Origin: Flavobacteriaceae bacterium
GTDB lineage: Bacteria > Bacteroidota > Bacteroidia > Flavobacteriales > Flavobacteriaceae
DNA length: 64,000 nt
Direction of reading: 5' to 3'
Assembly (NCBI GenBank): GCA_029249225.1
Contig: JAQWHT010000114.1
Coordinates: forward strand, 32,103 to 96,102
Part shown: positions 57,388 through 64,000 of the stretch, piece by piece
Numbering within the stretch: the stretch's first letter is position 1
How the letters are laid out: each line of letters opens with the position of its first letter
Made by a program: the position numbers and the translations under genes
Notes under the pieces: model-generated
Told to the model about the DNA's origin: nothing
Seen by the model: the letters and a program-made list of their open reading frames with translations, nothing else
Database searches by the model: none

Positions 57388-59145
57388 TTAGTACCCTGGA
57401 TTCTGACTTAGTACATCAGACCCTTGAATATCAATTTGTGTTTGTGGGATTGGATAGTATTCATTTTTTCCAGCTTTGAAAGTTGCCCCACCAAACTTTG
57501 CAACCAAATACTTTGATTCGTAAGATAAGTAAGCGTTCAATTCTTCTGAAGCTGTACCCCAACGAACCAAATCAAAGAAACGGTGTCCTTCACCAGAAAG
57601 CTCAAGCTTACGTTCTTGACGAACAGCTTTAGTTGCAAATGCCTTATCAGGGAAAGAATCGTATAATGAAATTTCATAGTTAGCAGCGTTAGAACCGTCT
57701 GGATTTTTTACCCAGTGTGCAGTATTTGCCGCTCTACTTCTAACCATATTTACGTATTCAAGCGCTTTTGCTAATGAACCTACTTCAATTTCAGCTTCTG
57801 CAGCCATAAGCAATACATCAGCATAACGAATAATAGTATAGTTCATTAAAGCATACCCTCTAGTCCAAGAGCTCGCATCTGTCAAACTCCCTTCTTGAGA
57901 CTTATAGTAAATGTATTTCTTAGGAGAATAAGGCCCTGCATAATCTTGCTTACGAATCCAGTTTTTCCCTGGGTGTGCAATCCAATCTAAATAAGGAATA
58001 CCTCTTCTTCCGATAGAGTGATCAACACGAGGATCTAACTTTCCAGCGTCTGGTGTAAAAGCATCGGAAGATTCTAATAGAAAATCATGTTTCAGCTCCT
58101 CAGCACTAGTAAACTCCTCTCCATTCAATCTAGGAAGACCATTTACAGTCCTGAATGCATTACCAAGTGCAATTGAAGGCTGGAAGAATCCACAGCAGTT
58201 TCCAGGACCATCTGAACCCGTATTGTATGGATAATTCAGGTCATCAAAATAGTTTGCATTTTGAACACTTCCTGTGTTATTAGCAGACTCTACATCAAAA
58301 ATTGCTTCTTTATGATTATCGAATTCAGCATTAAATATATCAGGATAGTTTTCCAAAAGACCATATTTTTCACCAGACGGAGATTTTCCATTGGCAATGA
58401 CCTGATCAAATGTAGACTTGGCTCCAGCATAATCTTTTTTAAACATTTTTGCTTTTCCGAGATAGGCTGCAGCAGCCCATTTGTTTACACGTCCTGCTTG
58501 AGCTTGAACCTCAGGAAGATTAGCGTAGGCATATTCAAAGTCTGCAATAATGTTATCCCAAGTAACACCAGGAGTATTAGGAACAGAAGAAATATCGGCA
58601 GCTTCTATTGTTTCATCTACAAAAGGCACGTTGTTATAATGCTTTTTTAAATCAAAATAGAAATGTCCTCTAAGCATTCTAGCTTCTCCAGTTATTCTTG
58701 CTGCATCGGCAGCAGAAATTACTTCAGACATTGCGACCAATTGAAGCACTTTATTTGCTCTAGAAACACCTTCAAAACGAGCTCTCCAATGGTTATTTAA
58801 ATCTCCTGAAGTAGGGTCAGTTTCATAACGCTGAATCGGGTTAATGGTGCTATAGTCACCAGGATCTGTTCCTTTATTGGCTTCGCCACCAGCAATTGAG
58901 CCAGTAACCCAGCTACTTGGTCCTTCAAAACGGTTACCAAATACTCCGTTTAGTGCGGAATATGCACCGATTAGCGCGCCGTCAATACCTGACGTAGTTG
59001 TTAGCTGTGCTTCCCCTAAGGAACCAGTAGCACCAACATCTAGAAATTCATCTTCACAGCTTACTGTGATCGCAAAGGATGCAGCTAGTGCGACCATCGC
59101 GGTTTTTGCATTTAAAATTCTCATCATTTTCATCATTTTCATCAT
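57388..59145 (-). CDS. SusD/RagB family nutrient-binding outer-membrane lipoprotein
   Basis: Lipobox TVSCED, TPR-like helical SusD pattern, and a position immediately after SusC with an ATGA overlap. Confidence 0.9.
   Translation of the reverse strand: MMKMMKMMRILNAKTAMVALAASFAITVSCEDEFLDVGATGSLGEAQLTTTSGIDGALIGAYSALNGVFGNRFEGPSSWVTGSIAGGEANKGTDPGDYSTINPIQRYETDPTSGDLNNHWRARFEGVSRANKVLQLVAMSEVISAADAARITGEARMLRGHFYFDLKKHYNNVPFVDETIEAADISSVPNTPGVTWDNIIADFEYAYANLPEVQAQAGRVNKWAAAAYLGKAKMFKKDYAGAKSTFDQVIANGKSPSGEKYGLLENYPDIFNAEFDNHKEAIFDVESANNTGSVQNANYFDDLNYPYNTGSDGPGNCCGFFQPSIALGNAFRTVNGLPRLNGEEFTSAEELKHDFLLESSDAFTPDAGKLDPRVDHSIGRRGIPYLDWIAHPGKNWIRKQDYAGPYSPKKYIYYKSQEGSLTDASSWTRGYALMNYTIIRYADVLLMAAEAEIEVGSLAKALEYVNMVRSRAANTAHWVKNPDGSNAANYEISLYDSFPDKAFATKAVRQERKLELSGEGHRFFDLVRWGTASEELNAYLSYESKYLVAKFGGATFKAGKNEYYPIPQTQIDIQGSDVLSQNPGY
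59119..59145 (-). repeat. 3 x 9-bp tandem repeat (ATGATGAAA ATGATGAAA ATGATGAGA) at the SusC stop / SusD start
   Basis: Read directly from the sequence. It encodes MMKMMKMMR and provides six in-frame ATG codons. Confidence 0.9.
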
Positions 59146-62100
59146 TTATTAATTCTAATATTTAGTAAGTAGCTCGGTGTTACAGGGTAGTTTCCTACAT
59201 CAACACCGAAATTTGTATCTGCTCCACCTACCATTGGATCTAGTCCAGAATAGTTAGTTATCGTGAACAGATTATTTCCAGAGATCCCAATAGAGAGATC
59301 ACTTAATCCTAATTGGTCAAGTATCGCCCCTTCAAAGTCATAGCTTAATGCTAAACTTTGTAATCTTAAGAAGTCACCATCTTCAACATACCAAGAGTTA
59401 GCAGCTCCACTTGTACTTAAGTTGGTTGCGCTTTCCCAAATTGGAGCGGCTGCATTGTCTCCCAATGCAGGAGTCCATGATTGAAGTGCATTTACTCCTT
59501 TAGCAGATCCTTCAAAGGTTCCGAAGAAATCAGTAAACCATTTAGATTGGTTAAATATTTCAGCACCTACAGAAGCATAAAAATACGTATTCAAAGAGAA
59601 GTTCTTGTACTGAATATTTAAGTTCATACCTCCAGTCCAATCTGGAACTGGACTTCCAATAAATGTTCTATCATCTGGTGTGATTTTACCATCGTTATTA
59701 ACATCTTCATACTTGAAACGTCCAACACCTGCACCATCTTGATTCGCTGCATCAGCTTCAGCTTGAGAGTTAAAGTAACCAGTAACTTTATAACCAAAGA
59801 ATGTAGAAAGAGATTGTCCAACCGCATTACGGATAGGGGCAATACCTCTATAGGAACCTCCGTCAAAATATTCGATTCCATCAGCTAAGGCTGTAATTTC
59901 ATTTTTCAAGAACGAGCTATTTAATGTTACCTCGTATGCGATTCCTTCTCCTAAACTTCCTCTATTTACAATTTGGAAATCCAATCCTTGGTTTAACATA
60001 CTTGCGATATTTACTGAAGGAGCACTTGCAAAGTTACCAGTCACCCCTGCAAGTGGGATTTGGTATAATAGATCGCGGGTGTCTTTTTTCCACCAGTCTA
60101 AGATAATATCAACTTTATTGTTAAATAAAGTTACATCAAAACCAACGTTGGTTGTTACAGAAGTTTCCCACTGTGCATTAGGGTTTCCAATACGTGAAAC
60201 AGCAAATCCTTGATCTGCTCCGTTATTTTGCCCTCCAATTGGGTAGAAAGTACCTCCTCTACTGGAAGCAAATAAGCTATATTGGTTAGCAGGGTCGACG
60301 TTATTTGAGTTACCCATTTCTCCCCATCCTCCACGGATTTTCAAATCGTCTATCCAAGTTAAACCTTGCATAAAGGACTCTGAAGTGACTCTCCAAGCAC
60401 CAGAAAATGCTGGAAAAACACCATAACGACTGTTAACACCAAAGCGAGAAGATCCGTCACGACGAACAGTTCCTGAAACATAGTATCTTTCATCGAAGTT
60501 ATAATCTAATTTACCGAAGGTAGAGAAGAAGTTTACACCGTTGTAAAGAAAACTATTTACCTGAGGGTTAGCAACTGTAGACATATTAACGAAATCTAAA
60601 TCCTGAGAAAAGGGGTTGATCCCTGATCCATTCATCTGTCTTCCAAAGCCGGTATTTAAAGATTCTACTCCAGCTAATAACTTAACACCGTGTTTTCCAA
60701 ACGTGTTGTCGTAAGAAGCAGTATTTGCAAAGACCCACGAGATGTTTTTCCCAGAACCTTCTGAGAAAGTATAACTTGCTTCAGTTTCTGAGTCTCCTAA
60801 GTAAGGGTAGTTGTAATTTTGATAGTAAAAGTTAGAAACACTTCCACCAAGACTAGTTCGGAATGTTAATCCCTCCATAATCTTTAAGTCAGCATAGACG
60901 TTACCGAATGCGCTTAGGCTGTAAGAGGTATCGTCTTTCCCGTTTTCAATCAGTCTTCTCACGGGATTCCTTGGATTGTTAAATCCAGCAGCCTTTGTAC
61001 TTGCGTAGCTACCAAATTCGTCATAAACGGGGATGATAGTAGGCATTCTGTAGGCAGATAATATTTCTGATTCATCGTCTGCAGAAGTAATGCTACCTCC
61101 AGCACCGGCTCTTTTGTTTTCTCTGTAGGTAACTTGAATGTTTTCACCTACTGATAAGAAATCAGTGATGTCGTATTTAGAGTTAGTCCTTAAAGTATGT
61201 CTTCTAAGAATGTTATTTATTAAAATACCATCTTGAAATTGAGAACCCATACCTATGTAGTAACGTCCTTTTTCATTTCCACCATTGGCACCTAATGAGA
61301 AACGGTGAAGAGGAGCCGTATCGGTAATCGCGTCATACCAGTTTGTTCCTTGTTTGTTAGATTTAATCAAGAAAGTATTCAATGGGTCAGCATCATACGC
61401 TGCTTGGATGGCTGCTAGATCAACACCTCCAACAATTCCGTTTGCTCCATTGGCATGAAGGTAATCTGGAAGAACAGGAGTTGCGTTTGTACCATACTGA
61501 GGGTGTGTATAGGCGACAGGCGTTCCATTTGCTGCAGCATTATTTTCATATCCTCTATGGGTCCACTCTGCCATTTGTTGAGGATTCAACATTTCAGGAG
61601 ATCCACCTACGTTTGGATCTGTCAAACCTAGAGTGTAATCTAAGGTAATTTTAGACTCTTGCGTTCTAGAACCAGACTTAGTAGTCATAACAATAACTCC
61701 ATTTGCCGCTCTTGCCCCATATATAGAAGCTGATGCAGCATCTTTCAATACTGTAGTTGATTCAATATCACCAGGATTTAGAAAGTCAATGTTCGTTGTT
61801 GGAACACCGTCAATTACATAAAGAGGTTCGTTACCTCCAAAAGCACCAAATCCACGTACACGAATTTGACTCGTAGAACCAGGACTACCATTTGAAATTA
61901 CAGTAACCCCAGGAATTCTTCCTTGAAATTGCTGCTCAATATTACCCGAAGGGATTATATTTAAGTCTGCAGCTTTTACGGTAGAAATAGCACCCGTGGT
62001 TTCACGTTTTGTTTGTGTACCATACCCTGTAACAACAATTTCGTCTAGAGCTTCAGCTGATGTTTGTAAGATCACATCAATAGTGGATTGATCTCCAAAT

Positions 62101-62348
62101 CTTATGATTTGGGTTGAAAACCCAAGACTTGAGAATTGAAGTGATTGTCCTGAGTTAACGGAAATCGTATAGTTTCCGTCAAAGTCTGTTGTAGTTCCAT
62201 TTGTGGTCCCATCAACAATAATAGTCGCTCCAGGAATTGGATTCCCATCAGAGTCTGAAATAGTTCCAGAAACACTTGATTGAGCAAAACTATTAGCTGA
62301 GAAGAGCAAAAATAATCCTACAAGAAAATTAATTTTGAATTTTTCCAT
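59142..62348 (-). CDS. SusC/RagA family TonB-linked outer-membrane transporter
   Basis: Signal peptide, CarboxypepD_reg-like domain (VSGTISDSDGNPIPGATIIVDGT), TonB box/plug (DEIVVTGYGTQTKRETTGA), and a barrel of about 800 aa. Confidence 0.95.
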   Translation of the reverse strand: MEKFKINFLVGLFLLFSANSFAQSSVSGTISDSDGNPIPGATIIVDGTTNGTTTDFDGNYTISVNSGQSLQFSSLGFSTQIIRFGDQSTIDVILQTSAEALDEIVVTGYGTQTKRETTGAISTVKAADLNIIPSGNIEQQFQGRIPGVTVISNGSPGSTSQIRVRGFGAFGGNEPLYVIDGVPTTNIDFLNPGDIESTTVLKDAASASIYGARAANGVIVMTTKSGSRTQESKITLDYTLGLTDPNVGGSPEMLNPQQMAEWTHRGYENNAAANGTPVAYTHPQYGTNATPVLPDYLHANGANGIVGGVDLAAIQAAYDADPLNTFLIKSNKQGTNWYDAITDTAPLHRFSLGANGGNEKGRYYIGMGSQFQDGILINNILRRHTLRTNSKYDITDFLSVGENIQVTYRENKRAGAGGSITSADDESEILSAYRMPTIIPVYDEFGSYASTKAAGFNNPRNPVRRLIENGKDDTSYSLSAFGNVYADLKIMEGLTFRTSLGGSVSNFYYQNYNYPYLGDSETEASYTFSEGSGKNISWVFANTASYDNTFGKHGVKLLAGVESLNTGFGRQMNGSGINPFSQDLDFVNMSTVANPQVNSFLYNGVNFFSTFGKLDYNFDERYYVSGTVRRDGSSRFGVNSRYGVFPAFSGAWRVTSESFMQGLTWIDDLKIRGGWGEMGNSNNVDPANQYSLFASSRGGTFYPIGGQNNGADQGFAVSRIGNPNAQWETSVTTNVGFDVTLFNNKVDIILDWWKKDTRDLLYQIPLAGVTGNFASAPSVNIASMLNQGLDFQIVNRGSLGEGIAYEVTLNSSFLKNEITALADGIEYFDGGSYRGIAPIRNAVGQSLSTFFGYKVTGYFNSQAEADAANQDGAGVGRFKYEDVNNDGKITPDDRTFIGSPVPDWTGGMNLNIQYKNFSLNTYFYASVGAEIFNQSKWFTDFFGTFEGSAKGVNALQSWTPALGDNAAAPIWESATNLSTSGAANSWYVEDGDFLRLQSLALSYDFEGAILDQLGLSDLSIGISGNNLFTITNYSGLDPMVGGADTNFGVDVGNYPVTPSYLLNIRINK

Positions 62349-63311
62349 TTTTAGTTTTTAATATATATAGTTAATTAAGCGTGCTCAAATTATACTATAA
62401 TTAGTTTATGTGAAAATAAAATTTAAAAAAATGTTAAATTATAGCTAACCAGGGATATTTAAATGGCTTAATTTTTTCGATTAAAAACCAGTAAATATTA
62501 GTTTAATGTTGAGTCCATTTCTATTTTTCAAGAACTAAACGCTGAACGGTTTTCAGACTCCTGACTCTTCCAAAAAAATATAAATATCTGTAAAACATAG
62601 TGTTGTGAGAATATTTAACTTTTTAATAACATGATTTTACTTTTTTTGGCCAAGTGTAACAGCTAGATGAAGTCAAAGAAATTAATGACAACACAAAGTT
62701 TTTTTTTAAATAGAATTCTCTTAAAAAATTATGTTTAACTAATAGATTTAAACATAAGACAAAATAGTATTTAAATAGCGATTAAATGATTTTTCTAGTT
62801 TTATCAAATACTACAAAAAATCAGTTTTTGAAGATAAAGCTTAAAAAATTGCATACATTAATTTTTTAAAGCTTCAAATCTGTTTTTCTTTATGAAGTAT
62901 CGTTTGATCCGTTATTCAATAAAAATAAAGAACCATTTAGGACTTCGAAAAACTGCATCCGCTTTCTTTAGCGAAAGATCAAAAGTTGGTCAAAAAAAAG
63001 CGTTAAAGATTATATAAGGAGGTGATGTAAAGTGGGGACTGGTATATGAAGCATCTTCCATCATCAAATTCTTACTGCATTACTTCATCCCCACAAGACA
63101 ATAAATAAAACTAAACAAACATTTAACTATGTTTATCAATATGCAATTCTAATAAGTTAATTTATTTAAATACTACTATGTAGATACTGTTTTTAAATAG
63201 TTAAATAACAAAAAGTTATAGTTTAACGAATTGATTGGATTTATTTAAAAAGATTAAGGTTTAAATTCGGAGATAAAATCTTTTTTAGTTGACCAAAATA
63301 AGGAACTCATC
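62349..63311. other. 963-bp ORF-free, extremely AT-rich intergenic region upstream of SusC
   Basis: The six-frame track has no ORF of 60 aa or more here. For example, 62701-62760 contains only 9 G/C in 60 nt. AT-rich inverted repeats lie at 62731-62755 and 62836-62874. Confidence 0.9.
62836..62874. repeat. imperfect 39-bp palindrome (AAAGCTTAAAAAATT-gcatacatt-AATTTTTTAAAGCTT)
   Basis: A perfect 10-bp stem (TTAAAAAATT/AATTTTTTAA) with a 9-nt spacer is flanked by AAGCTT on both sides, with one bulge. Confidence 0.6.
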
Positions 63312-64000
63312 TTACAGTGGAATAATGGATATCATATCTATGGTTTTTTCGGTAAAAGCACTGTCTCCAATTATTTTCAATCTGTGTTCCTTTTCATTTA
63401 AGTTAAACTGCTCAAAAATTTTAATATAGTAATGGCCATAATCACTTGTATTACTTTTTAAACTAAACTCCCCATAGTTTTTCCCATCAAGCTCTATAGA
63501 TACGGTTCCCCCTTTAGAACTTTTAAAAGCGTAGTATTGAACTGCTTTACCATAAAAGCTAATTTCAGCTTTACAGTCCTGATAACCAAAACTGAGTGAT
63601 GCTCCTGAGGCATTCCATTCGTCTTTTTTTGTTTTAAACCCCTCGTACTTCCATCGGGGGTTACTGTCTTCAATTACTACCCATGGCACACTAGTCTTTG
63701 GTGTTTTATCCTTAATTATAGGATTAGTTCTCAAAGGTATTACCCAGCTATTTGAGTCTAGGCCTCCTTTCATTTCTTCCACAACAACCTTATCAATAAT
63801 CTGGATTCCTCTGGATGCCATATCTGAAAAATTATCAATAGGTTTTGGCATGTTATAACGGGTTCGTGCTATATGGTATAGATCTGAGAAATTAGTCTTA
63901 TTAAAATGTTGTTGTAATGTGTTGTGACCATAAATAAATCCAAGTAATCCTCCCCAAGTGGAAGTAGGATTGTCAGAATCCCAACCACTCATACACCCAA
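63312..64000 (-). CDS. ADP-ribosylglycohydrolase-like protein with a C-terminal jelly-roll/CBM-like domain (N-terminus beyond window)
   Basis: The frame is open to the window edge. GWDSDNPTSTWGGLLG resembles the C-terminal metal-binding D-x-D motif of the ARH family. The last ~110 aa (WKYEGF...SFYGKAVQYYAF...VSIELDG...HRLKII) look like a carbohydrate-binding beta-sandwich. Confidence 0.4.
   Translation of the reverse strand, partial: GCMSGWDSDNPTSTWGGLLGFIYGHNTLQQHFNKTNFSDLYHIARTRYNMPKPIDNFSDMASRGIQIIDKVVVEEMKGGLDSNSWVIPLRTNPIIKDKTPKTSVPWVVIEDSNPRWKYEGFKTKKDEWNASGASLSFGYQDCKAEISFYGKAVQYYAFKSSKGGTVSIELDGKNYGEFSLKSNTSDYGHYYIKIFEQFNLNEKEHRLKIIGDSAFTEKTIDMISIIPL

Noticed and set aside
62731-62755. 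ATGTTTAA-n9-TTAAACAT hairpin, considered as a terminator or riboswitch element.
   Set aside because: The stem is AT-only and only 8 bp, with no U-tract in the relevant orientation and no upstream gene end nearby. It is kept only as a possible protein-binding site within the spacer finding.
63047-63109. 20-codon ORF (MKHLPSSNSYCITSSPQDNK) downstream of the strong SD-like sequence, considered as a real CDS.
   Set aside because: The SD core lies 23 nt from the ATG, too far for canonical spacing. The ORF is tiny and I cannot assess its conservation. It is reported only as part of the island finding.
1-64000. Search for tRNA, rRNA, CRISPR arrays, IS elements or transposases, integrases, prophage genes or known defence systems.
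   Set aside because: None recognised. Apart from the 963-bp spacer, intergenic gaps are 185 bp or shorter and lack cloverleaf-like or direct-repeat structure. No ORF shows transposase, integrase or nuclease hallmarks.

Overview
This is a low-GC chromosomal segment of Bacteroidota (Flavobacteriia) type. The assignment rests on gldH, an sprE/porW-like gene, a SusC/SusD pair, recurrent TAnnTTTG -7 promoter boxes and almost no Shine-Dalgarno sequences. Nt 1-44,700 hold tightly packed housekeeping and envelope genes. These include tatA, purD, an ABC module, an sprE-like gene followed by bactofilin and atpZ-BEFHAG, dut, dprA, trpS, recA, a PSP1 gene, gldH, PBP1A and acyltransferases. Many junctions are 1-4 nt overlaps, and convergent gene ends abut. 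Nt 44,762-62,348 is one minus-strand polysaccharide utilisation locus (PUL): SusC, SusD, a 1190-aa FG-GAP/VCBS protein, sulfatase, GH10 xylanase, GPH symporter, GH43, a second sulfatase and an unclassified 690-aa TIM-barrel-like hydrolase. A 963-bp ORF-free, extremely AT-rich spacer precedes it, and beyond that lies a partial ADP-ribosylglycohydrolase-like gene. I recognised no rRNA, tRNA, CRISPR, transposase, integrase, phage or known defence genes. The observations most worth follow-up are: (i) the xylanase-plus-sulfatase PUL with no regulator in the window and an uncharacterised hydrolase; (ii) the long AT-rich spacer, which carries a GC-richer island with an 11-12 nt perfect Shine-Dalgarno/anti-SD match; (iii) two wobble-position tRNA-modification genes that are both broken, trhO by an in-frame TAA and queD by a 1-nt homopolymer frameshift; (iv) an operon coupling an M23 peptidase, a GH3 amido synthetase, a GT4 and a pyruvyl transferase. 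All family calls come from motif recognition by eye; no database search was run.
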